From positions 1,161,048 to 1,225,047 of the forward strand of contig OZ242303.1 in NCBI GenBank assembly GCA_965207945.1: a stretch of DNA of 64,000 bases, written 5' to 3'. The number at the start of each line of letters is the position of its first letter. Position 1 is the stretch's first letter. Both the position numbers and the translations under genes were made by a program. Below the pieces are notes generated by a model that worked only from the letters and a program-made list of their open reading frames with translations, was not told the origin of the DNA and did not search any database. Shown one piece after another: positions 19,645 through 30,086 of this stretch. Source of the stretch: Gammaproteobacteria bacterium (lineage in GTDB: Bacteria > Pseudomonadota > Gammaproteobacteria > CBDBNL01 > JAAOII01).

Positions 19645-20375
19645 ATCAAAAATAAGGCAACCGCAAAGAACACTATAATAGTATAAGCGTATACTAAGGG
19701 GATATCAGTAATTCCCAGTATCCCATAGCGGAAAGCATTAACCATATATAAAATCGGATTGAGTAAGGATACTTTCTGCCAAAACTCAGGCAGTAATTCT
19801 ATGGAATAGAATATACCTCCAAGATAGGTAAGAGGAGTCAGCACAAAATTAGGCACAACCGTAACATCATCAAAGCTTTGAGCAAAGATAGCATTAATCA
19901 TTCCCATGCAGGCAAACATAAAAGAGGTCATAAAGGCGACTAAGACAACAGCCCAAATATTATAAATCGCAATCTTAGTGAAAAATAATGATAATAGCAT
20001 CACTATTATTCCCACCAATATTCCACGAATACTGCTGCTAACCACAAACCCCAATAAAATTATTATGCTGGGGGTGGGCGAAACTAAAACCTCTTCCAAA
20101 GACCTTTGGAATTTATTGCCATAAAAAGACGATACCACATTACTATAGGAACCAGTGATAATTGATAACATAACCAACCCTGGAACTAAGAAAGACATAT
20201 AGTCAAACCCCTGCATTTCACCAATACGCGGTCCTATGAGGTTGCCAAAAATAGCATAATAAAGAGCCATGGTGATGGCAGGCGGCAACAGAGTTTGTTT
20301 CCATAGCCGCAGAAAGCGTTGGACTTCTTTATAAAAGATTGTTTTAAAAGTATTAAGTATTTCTATGGGATTCAT
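19602..20375 (-). CDS. ABC-2 type transporter permease (YadH-like), paralog 2
   Basis: 257 aa with 6 hydrophobic segments. Clearly paralogous to 20385-21179 (shared FGNLIGPRIGEMQG, NAFRYGILG, GIGIRS). Confidence 0.8.
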   Translation of the reverse strand: MNPIEILNTFKTIFYKEVQRFLRLWKQTLLPPAITMALYYAIFGNLIGPRIGEMQGFDYMSFLVPGLVMLSIITGSYSNVVSSFYGNKFQRSLEEVLVSPTPSIIILLGFVVSSSIRGILVGIIVMLLSLFFTKIAIYNIWAVVLVAFMTSFMFACMGMINAIFAQSFDDVTVVPNFVLTPLTYLGGIFYSIELLPEFWQKVSLLNPILYMVNAFRYGILGITDIPLVYAYTIIVFFAVALFLICWYLLEKGIGIRS

Positions 20376-20384
20376 TATATTATT

Positions 20385-21179
20385 TCAAGAGCGGATGCCA
20401 ACACTGTTTCTTATCAAATACCAACATGTAAAAGAAATTGTCGCAGCAAAGGTAATTATCATGCCATAAGCATATACTATGGATATGTCGCTAGTCCCCA
20501 AAATGCCATAGCGAAAGGCATTGACTATATACAGCATAGGATTAAACTGCGCCAATTGGTGCCAAACACCTGGCAATAATTCAATGGTAAAAAATACGCC
20601 ACCCAGATAGGTTAGTGGAGTTATCACAAAACTGGGGAAGACGATTATGTCGTCAAAGCTATTCGCAAAGATACCGTTTATCAAACCCAGAGAAGCAAAT
20701 GTAAAAGAAGTCATTAATAACATAGAAATGATAACCCATATATTGTGTACACTTAGTTTAGTAAAAAACAACGCCAATAGCAAAACAACCAACCCATCAA
20801 TAATTCCACGCACGCTACTGCTAAGCACAAAGCCAAGGAATATTGTAATGTTGCTCAAAGGCGCGATTAATAGTCCATCTAACGAATTGACGAACTTATG
20901 AAAATAAAATGAGTTGGCGGCATTAGTATAAGAACCAGTAATAACCGCTAACATTACTAATCCTGGAGCGATAAAATCAATATAACTATGCCCCTGCATC
21001 TCACCAATGCGCGGTCCTATGAGATTGCCAAATATTGCAAAATAAAGGGTCATGCTAATTGCTGGCGGTAAGAACGACTCGCGCCAATTATGAAAAAATC
21101 TAAGGACTTCTACAGAAAATAAAGAGAAAAAAGAAATAAATGCTGCGGGCAGGCGGAATGTCACTTGAGGAATAATCAT
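20385..21179 (-). CDS. ABC-2 type transporter permease (YadH-like), paralog 1
   Basis: 264 aa with the same architecture and motifs as 19602-20375. Confidence 0.8.
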   Translation of the reverse strand: MIIPQVTFRLPAAFISFFSLFSVEVLRFFHNWRESFLPPAISMTLYFAIFGNLIGPRIGEMQGHSYIDFIAPGLVMLAVITGSYTNAANSFYFHKFVNSLDGLLIAPLSNITIFLGFVLSSSVRGIIDGLVVLLLALFFTKLSVHNIWVIISMLLMTSFTFASLGLINGIFANSFDDIIVFPSFVITPLTYLGGVFFTIELLPGVWHQLAQFNPMLYIVNAFRYGILGTSDISIVYAYGMIITFAATISFTCWYLIRNSVGIRS

Positions 21180-21186
21180 TCAACTA

Positions 21187-22095
21187 TTATTTAGTCAACT
21201 CCATAAATGTTCTTTCCAATCTATTATCTTTTAGGTCTATGCTGCTTACTTCTATCCCTTGCTTGTCGAGGTCGTTAAACAAACTATTCAAACTATATTT
21301 CTTATCCAGATATATTTCAAGGGTGGTATCATCAATTTTCTTAGAGTCATAAAAATCACTAGTAACTTTTTTAGGAATCACATTAATGGATTCCACTACA
21401 TAAGTTTGCTCCTTCAATTGCCTCACTAACTGGCGCATTGAAGTATTAATGATAATCTCGCCTTTATTGATAATTGCCACATTGCGACACAGTTGCTCTG
21501 CCTCTTCCAAATAGTGAGTAGTCAAGATAATAGTTTTCCCACTTTTATTTAATTCAGTTAAGAAGCTCCACATTGAATGGCGTATTTCAATATCCACTCC
21601 AGCAGTTGGTTCATCCAGAATCAACAGACGTGGTTCATGAATTAAGGCACGGGCAATCATCAGCCGTCTTTTTTGTCCGCCTGATAGATGGCGCGACTGC
21701 TCGTTGCGCTTCTCCCATAAACCCAGCTTCTTCATATACTTTTCACCCCTTTCTTTTACCAAGCTTAGCGGCATTCCATAATAGCCGCCCTGCTGATAAA
21801 TAATATCTCTCACTTTTTCAAAGATATTAAAATTGAACTCCTGAGGGACTATGCCAATTTGTCTTTTAGCAAGCGCCGATTGAGTGATGAGGTCATAACC
21901 AAAAATAGAAACATCGCCTTTAGTTTTGTTTACCAAAGAACAAACTATGCCAAGGGTTGTAGTTTTTCCTGCTCCATTCTCTCCAAGCAAAGCAAAGAAG
22001 TCACCCTCTTGGACTTCCAAGTTAATCCCCTTAACCGCCTGAACTCCATTTTTATATGTCTTCCATAAATCATGAAGACGTAAAGCTACTGTCAT
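21187..22095 (-). CDS. ABC transporter ATP-binding protein (YadG-like)
   Basis: Walker A GENGAGKTT, signature LSGGQKRR, Walker B LLILDEPT. Confidence 0.9.
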   Translation of the reverse strand: MTVALRLHDLWKTYKNGVQAVKGINLEVQEGDFFALLGENGAGKTTTLGIVCSLVNKTKGDVSIFGYDLITQSALAKRQIGIVPQEFNFNIFEKVRDIIYQQGGYYGMPLSLVKERGEKYMKKLGLWEKRNEQSRHLSGGQKRRLMIARALIHEPRLLILDEPTAGVDIEIRHSMWSFLTELNKSGKTIILTTHYLEEAEQLCRNVAIINKGEIIINTSMRQLVRQLKEQTYVVESINVIPKKVTSDFYDSKKIDDTTLEIYLDKKYSLNSLFNDLDKQGIEVSSIDLKDNRLERTFMELTK

Positions 22096-22122
22096 TTAAT
22101 TACCTCCGCAAAAATAGTAGCA

Positions 22123-22551
22123 CTAAAAGGAAAAAGAACGTCTGGTCCTAGGATATAGATAAAGAATAATCAAGCCAGATAGCCAAACCGAGCAAGCCAT
22201 ATAAAACAGCACTCCTCCATCTCCTTGAACATTAATTCCCAAAGGAGTAAACAAGTGAAAGAATATAGCGCCAGTCATTAACCCTACCGCAAGAAAAGCT
22301 CCCCAGGGACGGGTTACGCTGGGAATAATCAATAGTATTGAAGCAATTAATTCAAGAGACCCTATGGTATAACCACCATAGAGAGCAAAGGTTTCGCTTA
22401 AAGGAGATAAGAAATTACCTTCCATCCAACTACCTATAGTGCCAAATATATATTGAGTTTCGGGAGAATCAGTGAATTTAAAAAACAATGATTGGACAAA
22501 TACAAACGCAATCCACAAAGACAACACCCAACTTAAAATTTTATTAATCAT
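22123..22551 (-). CDS. DoxX-like small membrane protein
   Basis: 142 aa with 4 hydrophobic segments and a pattern (YGGYTIGSLELIASILLI...GAIFFHL) resembling the DoxX family. Confidence 0.5.
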   Translation of the reverse strand: MINKILSWVLSLWIAFVFVQSLFFKFTDSPETQYIFGTIGSWMEGNFLSPLSETFALYGGYTIGSLELIASILLIIPSVTRPWGAFLAVGLMTGAIFFHLFTPLGINVQGDGGVLFYMACSVWLSGLIILYLYPRTRRSFSF

Positions 22552-22622
22552 ATTTATTTCCTCTGGTTATAACTTTCAATAACGGCATTATAGGGCAATT
22601 TCACTAATAAGTCAATAATAAG

Positions 22623-24170
22623 TCAATAGCGAGATAGCAAATTTCTGCATTTATAAACATCAAGAGTCAATACCGGACTTCCTTTAACATAATAAGTATT
22701 ACTCTTCCAATCCACACATTCGCTGAAATCACTAAATTTCTCTTTGTCGCCTCTATCATAATGAGGCACCACCAAATAGCCAGATTGTCCTACTTGTGGA
22801 CTACCAAACCAGACATCAAATTGGTCTATTCTTTTATCCAGCGGGATAGCTTTCATCGGGCGGGCATACCAAGCTAAAGATGAAGCATAATACCAACCAT
22901 TGGTAAATATAACATTGTATTCTGGGTCTGCCTGCGAATCTTCAATTATCTGATTTGATGTTTCATCCCAACCAACTACATACCCCCACGGATGAAAATA
23001 AGGTGGCATACGCACTTCAAACCCGCTAACTAACATTCTTAACGGCAAGATAACCGCAAACGACAGTATCAAGCAAATAACTAAAACAATTTTTAATTCA
23101 AATCGCTGTTTAGGTCCCTTCCATAATCTATAAATTCCCAACTCATAAATCATACTTGCGGCAACTGGTAATAGCAGTAAAAACATATAAGCAATCCAGT
23201 GAGGCAAGAATTTACCAAATGCTGGCGATATGGCAAGAATTATAAATGGAGGAATAGCAAACACCAAATTAATATAGAACTCTCTACGTTTTTTTACCCA
23301 AGCCCAAACCCCAGCTGCTAAGCCAAAGAAATAAACCAGCGGCATATAAGCAACCATTTGAGATATTTGAGCTATCAGGATATGCACCCAATCCAGCCAA
23401 TTTCTTGCAAAGCCATGCCCAAGCTGATAGGCAAAGGATGCGCCTGCATGCTGTATATTCCAAATAATCACCGGACTAAAAATTAACAGGGCAGTCATTA
23501 AAGTTATCCAGGGACGCAAAGTAATAACTATGCCCCAGCCACGATACATTAAAATATATACAGATGCAGAAATAGCTAACAGCAATGCGGTGTATTTTGC
23601 TAAGCCGCATACTCCAAGCAAAACACCTAATATTAGATAATCCAGCCAACTGTCACTGCGTGCCGCTTTACGAGTTTGCAGCATTATTGGCAGAGTTAAT
23701 AATAAAACTAAACTATCTGGTAAAAAGGCAAATCCCAACCCAAAAAATACTGGACAGGATAAAAACAAAATAAAGGCGATAATCCATTTAACCTCTTGCA
23801 TTTTTTTATCTGGAATGGTTTCATCAACGGCACTATCTTTAATTAGCCCCTCTTGAACTCTAACCCCCGGGGTATCATTAAGCTTTTTTGCGTCTAAGGA
23901 AAACCACAAGGCAATAAGGACTCCCACAGAAGATAAAATAGCAGGTAAACGTAAGAAAAATTCGCTGGGAATGGGGGTAGATGAGAATAATTTTTGCATC
24001 ACCAACTGCACCCAACCAACCAAAGGAGGATGGTCAAAATAACTCAAGGCAGGATAATAACCGTAAAGAGCATAATGAGCTTCATCAAAAGATAACAACA
24101 GCTGCTGCAAAAATGGGAGAGTCGCCGCAACATAAGCAGCAATAATTATCAAGAATAAGTATGTTCTCAT
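22623..24170 (-). CDS. Glycosyltransferase family 39 (PMT_2 / ArnT-like) polytopic membrane protein
   Basis: 515 aa with more than 10 TM segments. First-loop motif FDEAHYALYGYYPALSYFDHPPLVGW is typical of the DEAYY...DHPP signature of PMT_2/ArnT-like enzymes. Confidence 0.75.
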   Translation of the reverse strand: MRTYLFLIIIAAYVAATLPFLQQLLLSFDEAHYALYGYYPALSYFDHPPLVGWVQLVMQKLFSSTPIPSEFFLRLPAILSSVGVLIALWFSLDAKKLNDTPGVRVQEGLIKDSAVDETIPDKKMQEVKWIIAFILFLSCPVFFGLGFAFLPDSLVLLLTLPIMLQTRKAARSDSWLDYLILGVLLGVCGLAKYTALLLAISASVYILMYRGWGIVITLRPWITLMTALLIFSPVIIWNIQHAGASFAYQLGHGFARNWLDWVHILIAQISQMVAYMPLVYFFGLAAGVWAWVKKRREFYINLVFAIPPFIILAISPAFGKFLPHWIAYMFLLLLPVAASMIYELGIYRLWKGPKQRFELKIVLVICLILSFAVILPLRMLVSGFEVRMPPYFHPWGYVVGWDETSNQIIEDSQADPEYNVIFTNGWYYASSLAWYARPMKAIPLDKRIDQFDVWFGSPQVGQSGYLVVPHYDRGDKEKFSDFSECVDWKSNTYYVKGSPVLTLDVYKCRNLLSRY

Positions 24171-24223
24171 TATTGTATAAATTATATCACAAATGGTGTA
24201 TAATACCTTTATATTCTTGGGGG

Positions 24224-27200
24224 ATGAGATACTTTACTTTTACAACACTACAACCGGTCCGACTGTTTATGCTGCGGTTTATGCTGCGGTTTGTGATGCA
24301 GTTTATACTGCAGTTTATATTGTTAGGGGGGACAATCATAATATTAGTTGCCTGCAGCGAGGAAGACAAGCAAGCAGCCCCTAATTCTCCCCCTAATTCT
24401 TCAGAGCCAAGCAGTCAACAATTTGGTGCTGAGATGAGGATTGATATGGATTCAGATAATGACGGCATAGCAAACGCTTATGATAGCTCTCCTTATGAAA
24501 AAGGAATTGCTGGTTCTGGCGATTCTCTTGCTCCTTTTCAAATTAAGAATATTTACCAATTGCAAGCAATCGCTGGATTTGACCATACAGGAACGCCACT
24601 CTCATCCTCAATTTTTACTAATGGTTCCTATCTGTATGGAGATGATGCGACACAACAGCTCTCTGCCTTTTATTTGCTTATTAATGACATAGACGCGGCA
24701 ATAACAAGAAACTGGAACCCTACCAGCAATGATGGTCATGATGATAATAATGATGATGAAGCTGCAGCTGGGTTTATTCCAATAGGAAACTGCACTAATA
24801 GTAGTTGTCTCAGTTTGCAATCTAACGCATTTAGTGGGAAATTTTATGGATCTACCCACAAAATAAAGAATTTATTTATCAACCGCCCCAATACAGACCA
24901 AGTAGGACTGTGGGGAGCAATCGGTAAGCAGGCAAAAATTGACAGGGTATCACTTGAAGATGTCAACATAGTCGGTAGAGATATGACTGGTTCATTAGCA
25001 GGGTTTAATTTAGGTGGCTCAATTGTATTGGTCTCTGCTAGTGGCAGGGTAGCGGGACAAAACCAAGTTGGTGGCATTGTAGGAAGAACGCTCGGAAACA
25101 TAACAGGCGCCTATACTTCGGGAACAATCTCTGGTAGTGAATCAATTGGCGGCATTGTAGGGCAGGCGAGCGGAACAATCAACTCCATCTATAGTATTGC
25201 CAAGGTTAGCGGACGCGATAACATAGGCGGGCTTATTGGAGAATCAGCTGCTGATATAAGCATTGGTTATAGTACTGGAAACATTATTGGAATAAACCAA
25301 GTGGGCGGAATTACAGGAACACAAACACAAGGAAGCATCATTAACACTTATAGCGTATCCAGAGTTACAGGGGAATCCGCAGTGGGAGGATTAGTCGGCA
25401 AACAGCAAGGGATAATAGTCGCTTCTTATAGCGCGAATCAGGTGACTGGACAATCTTCTATAGGAATGATAAGTGGTTTAGGATATGGCAGCATTATCTC
25501 ATCCTATTGGCTCAACAGCAACAAGTATACGATACATCCAATCACGGGAAACCCCGCTTTAATGCCCGCCCATCACTTCTCTCAACCAATGCGCCAATCA
25601 CAATTAGGTAATTGCGCCTTAGACGGAATGGTTATAGCAGCATATAGTACACCGCGTGTCTGCCTCGGCAATCCTAACAATTTACTTTTCCCCAGTGATT
25701 ATTGGAGTCATAGCATAAATGGTGATATGCAAAGAGGTTGGATATTTTCTCCCAACGATAAGTACCCCGTCCTATTTTCGTACAACACTATAAGTGTTGA
25801 GAACTTTATGCCAAGAATTGATGAACAATTTTGCCACATTGCCAAAAGAGAAAATTGCCGTAACGATGACATTGACCGCTCCCCAATATTTACTACGGCA
25901 AACTATAAATTCAATCTTGAAGTTAATCCTCTACCAGATGATGAAACAATAGTAGGCAGGGTTGACGCTTATGATGAGGTTTCGGTAATTTATGGGATAC
26001 TGGCGCCAATTAATTATCCATTTAAAATTGAAACTAACACTGGGAATATAATCGTTAAAACAACTCCAGAGCAAAACAATTTTCCGTATAGATTTATAGT
26101 CACAGCGTTTGAATATATAGGCAATAAGTTTGCCACATCATCAGTTACAATTAGCGCCGACACTCCTTCAATAGCAGATAATGATAATGATGGCATAATA
26201 AATATTTATGATAATATGCCAAATACTGCAGGAATAAATGGCACTGGCAGCACTCAATACCCTTATCCTATCCAGAACATTTACCAATTGCAAGCAATTG
26301 GTGGCATAGACCATCAGGGCACCTCCCTACCCGACTCAGATTTAATTGGCAATGCTTATATATATGGCAATAATCTCACCGAACAGTTATCCAAAAACTA
26401 CATTATTGTCAATGACATAGATGCTTCCGTTACAGCATATTGGAATACCCTAATAGACGGCGATAGTGCCAAAGGGTTCATGCCAATCGGCAGATGCGGA
26501 GATAACGGATGCCAAGATGCTTCATCCAGAATATCATTTACAGGATCACTAACAGGGTCATTACCAGGGTCATCACCAGGAAGCTCCTCTAAAATATTCA
26601 ATCTTTACATTAATCGCCCACAAGTAAGCGGTGTCGCTTTGTTTGCCTCAGTAGGCAATGGTTCTGTGCTATCATCCATCAACATTGAACAAGCAACAGT
26701 CAACGGATATAAATATAGCGGAATACTGGCTGGCTATCAAGGGACTGGTGGAATAATCCAATTTTCTAATACTCAAGGTATAGTTCAAGGTGCGGATAAC
26801 AGCGGCGGTCTTGTTGGCTTAAATCAAGGCAGTATAATCAGTTCCTACAGCATCGCAAATATATTGGGCAACGGCAATCAAATAGGCGGATTGGTTGGAC
26901 AACAGTCAGTGGAAGGCAATATCGCTAATAGCTATGCAATGGGCGGAGTATCAGGGAGATCTCAGGTAGGCGGGCTGGTAGGTAAGAATGCAGGAAAGAT
27001 AGACGGTTCTTATGCAACAAGCGTAGTGACTCCAACAGCCAAAACACTGGAGAATATCCTTGCAGATATTCCTAAAAATATGCTGGAGAATATGGAGGAA
27101 ACTAATGAGATTAACTTAATTGACTCGTTTAATAGAAATGATAGAACCACCTTTGGTGGACTTGTTGGGCTTGACAATTCTGGAGAAGTTAATGCATCCT

Positions 27201-27481
27201 ATTGGGCAAGCGACTTAATTGATTCAAGCGACTTAATGGACTCAAGCAATATTCATATTTCTGCAGGTGGCACTGCTGTCAGCAGGCAGCAACTAAGTGG
27301 TTGCTCATTAGGAGGCATTCAGATAGAAGCCAGTGACGCATCTTGTGAGAATAATGGCAAGCAAATATTTCCTTACTCTTCATGGGGCAATCGCACATAT
27401 AGCGGAGTCCAAGGAGAAAGCATTCAAAGCAGTTGGATATTCACTCCAGTAAATAAATACCCCAGATTACTGATTGAATAA
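24224..27481 (+). CDS. Giant surface lipoprotein, paralog of 9897-13709 (TSP3-like motifs, two GLUG-repeat arrays, cadherin-like domain)
   Basis: Lipobox ILVACSE. Two modules each start D(S/N)DNDGI.N.YD ... NIYQLQAI.G.DH.GT and are followed by (V/I)GG(I/L)(V/I)G repeats. ATG at 24224 is preferred over 24161, which would overlap the divergent GT39 start. Confidence 0.8.
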   Translation: MRYFTFTTLQPVRLFMLRFMLRFVMQFILQFILLGGTIIILVACSEEDKQAAPNSPPNSSEPSSQQFGAEMRIDMDSDNDGIANAYDSSPYEKGIAGSGDSLAPFQIKNIYQLQAIAGFDHTGTPLSSSIFTNGSYLYGDDATQQLSAFYLLINDIDAAITRNWNPTSNDGHDDNNDDEAAAGFIPIGNCTNSSCLSLQSNAFSGKFYGSTHKIKNLFINRPNTDQVGLWGAIGKQAKIDRVSLEDVNIVGRDMTGSLAGFNLGGSIVLVSASGRVAGQNQVGGIVGRTLGNITGAYTSGTISGSESIGGIVGQASGTINSIYSIAKVSGRDNIGGLIGESAADISIGYSTGNIIGINQVGGITGTQTQGSIINTYSVSRVTGESAVGGLVGKQQGIIVASYSANQVTGQSSIGMISGLGYGSIISSYWLNSNKYTIHPITGNPALMPAHHFSQPMRQSQLGNCALDGMVIAAYSTPRVCLGNPNNLLFPSDYWSHSINGDMQRGWIFSPNDKYPVLFSYNTISVENFMPRIDEQFCHIAKRENCRNDDIDRSPIFTTANYKFNLEVNPLPDDETIVGRVDAYDEVSVIYGILAPINYPFKIETNTGNIIVKTTPEQNNFPYRFIVTAFEYIGNKFATSSVTISADTPSIADNDNDGIINIYDNMPNTAGINGTGSTQYPYPIQNIYQLQAIGGIDHQGTSLPDSDLIGNAYIYGNNLTEQLSKNYIIVNDIDASVTAYWNTLIDGDSAKGFMPIGRCGDNGCQDASSRISFTGSLTGSLPGSSPGSSSKIFNLYINRPQVSGVALFASVGNGSVLSSINIEQATVNGYKYSGILAGYQGTGGIIQFSNTQGIVQGADNSGGLVGLNQGSIISSYSIANILGNGNQIGGLVGQQSVEGNIANSYAMGGVSGRSQVGGLVGKNAGKIDGSYATSVVTPTAKTLENILADIPKNMLENMEETNEINLIDSFNRNDRTTFGGLVGLDNSGEVNASYWASDLIDSSDLMDSSNIHISAGGTAVSRQQLSGCSLGGIQIEASDASCENNGKQIFPYSSWGNRTYSGVQGESIQSSWIFTPVNKYPRLLIE

Positions 27482-27494
27482 ATAATAGGTATCT

Positions 27495-27605
27495 TGCATG
27501 CGGAGCAAGGGGGGTGTCGCGAGCATGGTTATGGTTTGTTGCGAGTGTTAGATATTTTGCGGGCGGAGCAAGGGGGGCTCATATATGCCTCCGCCCCTAC
27601 AGACC
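27495..27605. repeat. Composite GC-rich REP-like intergenic element, copy B
   Basis: Contains gcggagcaagggggg twice (27500-27514 and 27563-27577). Core inverted repeat GGGCGGAG (27561-27568) / CTCCGCCC (27589-27596), followed by ctacagacc. Lies between convergent genes. Confidence 0.7.
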
Positions 27606-27619
27606 TATATACCAAGGAT

Positions 27620-28684
27620 TTATGCGTTCCAGTTAAAGCCAACGAGTAAGGATTGGCACTCTTCCATACTTAGACGAGGACCCATGCGGCTAATCACGCG
27701 ACCAGCTGCATAAGAAGCAAATCTCCCTGCTACTGAATAACTTGCTTTCTTTTCGTATAAGGCATATAAGAATGCCCCTGCATAAGTATCTCCAGCTCCA
27801 AGAGTATCGCGTACTTCTGTTGCATAAGGCGGTATAGTTACTGCCGTAGCTTTACCTCCCCCTTCCCCATCAGCGCAATAAACAACTGCCCCTTTTGCGC
27901 CCATAGTTATGACCAAAGTTTTCACATTATCAGCAAAACAACGAAATATTTTATGCGGTTCATCCTCGCCTGTGTAACTACTAAACTCTCCTAAATTACC
28001 AAACAAAATATCCACACCGCCATTTAACATTTCATGCATTTCGTCTTTGAAGTAAGTCACCATTGAAACATCTGACATACTCAAAGCAATAAATTTATTT
28101 TGACGGCGCGCCTCTTCTAAGTAATTAATCAAAACATTACGCGACTTCTCCCCAGATAATAAATATGATTCGGCATAGAATACTCCTGATGACTCAAGAG
28201 CGCCACTTATGTCTTTATATGCTGCAAGGTCTTCATTAATGCCTAAATAGGTAAGCATAGTGCGTTCGGCATCAGGGGTTATCATAGCAATGCAATGACC
28301 AGTTGGTTTAGGAGCGGCATCAGTCCTTTGTATACTACGTCCAAGATGCAGAGTTATTCCAAGATTGCGTAACTCCTGCAGAAAGAAATCTCCGCTGTCA
28401 TCATCAGCAACAATGCACGACAATGCGCCAGCACCACCCAAGCGGGCATAAGTTATAAGAGAATTAATTGCCGAGCCCCCTCCTTCTCTTTGGTATTCAA
28501 TCGTGTCCTTTAAAAAATTGAAGCAATGAGTAAATCCCTCTTCATTTGCCAAAGTCATCTGACCTTTAGTAATGCCTATATCTTGTAATTGCTTTTCGCT
28601 AATGCGGAACTCATAGTCCACCAAAGCATTGCCCAAACAATAAAGGCCCTGGTTATTCTTCTGGTTATTCCCCTGGTTACTCAT
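27620..28684 (-). CDS. PfkB-family kinase, probable adenosine kinase
   Basis: 354 aa with LGNALVDYEF at the N-terminus and the DTLGAGDTYAGAF PfkB signature. Adjacent to ahcY. Confidence 0.65.
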   Translation of the reverse strand: MSNQGNNQKNNQGLYCLGNALVDYEFRISEKQLQDIGITKGQMTLANEEGFTHCFNFLKDTIEYQREGGGSAINSLITYARLGGAGALSCIVADDDSGDFFLQELRNLGITLHLGRSIQRTDAAPKPTGHCIAMITPDAERTMLTYLGINEDLAAYKDISGALESSGVFYAESYLLSGEKSRNVLINYLEEARRQNKFIALSMSDVSMVTYFKDEMHEMLNGGVDILFGNLGEFSSYTGEDEPHKIFRCFADNVKTLVITMGAKGAVVYCADGEGGGKATAVTIPPYATEVRDTLGAGDTYAGAFLYALYEKKASYSVAGRFASYAAGRVISRMGPRLSMEECQSLLVGFNWNA

Positions 28685-28765
28685 AGCTTATTCACAAGAT
28701 TACGATTCAAACCTCCATAATTCTCACCCATAATAGGCGAGCAATCTAATATATTCTAATATCTC

Positions 28766-30082
28766 CTAATATCTATAGCTATCCGGCTTAAACGGACCTG
28801 TGACTTTCAAGCCCAAATAATCGGCTTGCTCTTGTGTCAACTCGCTGAGTTCTATCCCCAGCTTGTCAAGATGCAGACGCGCCACCTTTTCATCCAGTTC
28901 TTTCGGCAGCACATAAACTTTATTGTCATATTTTTTGTGATTTTGCCAAAGCTCAATCTGCGCCAACACCTGATTAGTGAAAGAGGTAGACATAACAAAA
29001 CTTGAATGCCCTGTGGCGCAAGCGAGATTTAACAAACGCCCTTCCGCCAACAAAATTACTGATTTACCATTAGGAAGATTAACCTTATCAACCTGCGGCT
29101 TGATATTACTCCATTCATGTTGTTTGAGTTTTACTGTCTCAATTTCAGAATCAAAGTGACCTATGTTGCCAATAACCGCATTATTTTTCATTTTCAAAAT
29201 ACTATCATAATTTATGACACTAACATTGCCACTGGCGGTTACAAAAATATCTGCATCTTCTACCACTGTTTCAAGACGCACCACTTGGTAGCCCTCCATA
29301 GCCGCCTGCAAAGCGCAGATCGGGTCAATTTCTACTACATATACTACTGCTCCAAAATTACGCAATGATTGAGCGCATCCTTTACCCACATCACCATATC
29401 CTATAATCACTGCTTTCTTACCAGCAATCATTAAGTCGGTGGCGCGTTTGATTCCATCAAGCAGTGACTCGCGACAACCATAAAAATTATCAAACTTGGA
29501 CTTGGTTACAGAATCATTCACATTAAAAGCTGGCACCTTAAGAGTGCCTTGCTCCATCATTTCGTTTAGAACTCTAACTCCAGTTGTGGTTTCTTCTGAT
29601 ACACCGCGAATACTCTCCAACAATTGAGGATGTTTTTTATGAACTATAGAAGTTAGATCTCCGCCATCATCCAGAATCATATTCGGCTGCCAGCCATCAG
29701 GTCCCATAATCGTTTGTTCAATACACCACGAATACTCTTCTTCAGTTTCTCCCTTCCAAGCAAATACTGGAACTCCCGTAGCTGCTATAGCCGCGGCGGC
29801 GTGATCTTGAGTGGAAAATATATTGCATGAGGACCAACGAACCTCAGCGCCGAGATGCTGCAGGGTTTCTATAAGAACCGCAGTTTGCACTGTCATGTGC
29901 AAGCAACCAGCAATGCGCGCTCCTTGTAATGGTTGCTTATCGCCCATTTCTTTACGCAATGCCATAAGCCCAGGCATTTCCTCTTCTGCCAATTCAATTT
30001 CATTGCGTCCCCAACTAGCTAAGGACATATCTGCCACTTTATAATCGGCGGCTATATCAGATTTTTTAATTGCTTCTATCAT
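28766..30082 (-). CDS. ahcY: Adenosylhomocysteinase (S-adenosyl-L-homocysteine hydrolase)
   Basis: [23 protein letters not shown]-terminus and [11 protein letters not shown]-binding motif. ATG at 30082 is preferred over 30106, whose extension runs through a GC-rich repeat. Confidence 0.93.
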   Translation of the reverse strand: MIEAIKKSDIAADYKVADMSLASWGRNEIELAEEEMPGLMALRKEMGDKQPLQGARIAGCLHMTVQTAVLIETLQHLGAEVRWSSCNIFSTQDHAAAAIAATGVPVFAWKGETEEEYSWCIEQTIMGPDGWQPNMILDDGGDLTSIVHKKHPQLLESIRGVSEETTTGVRVLNEMMEQGTLKVPAFNVNDSVTKSKFDNFYGCRESLLDGIKRATDLMIAGKKAVIIGYGDVGKGCAQSLRNFGAVVYVVEIDPICALQAAMEGYQVVRLETVVEDADIFVTASGNVSVINYDSILKMKNNAVIGNIGHFDSEIETVKLKQHEWSNIKPQVDKVNLPNGKSVILLAEGRLLNLACATGHSSFVMSTSFTNQVLAQIELWQNHKKYDNKVYVLPKELDEKVARLHLDKLGIELSELTQEQADYLGLKVTGPFKPDSYRY

Positions 30083-30086
30083 TTTC

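Noticed and set aside
24187-24384. Small ORFs on both strands over the 5' repeat region of the second GLUG gene (for example VYAAVYAAVCDAVYTAVY)
   Set aside because: They are alternative-frame readings of the direct repeat gtttatgctgcggtttatgctgcgg... that encodes the MLRFMLRF part of the lipoprotein signal peptide.
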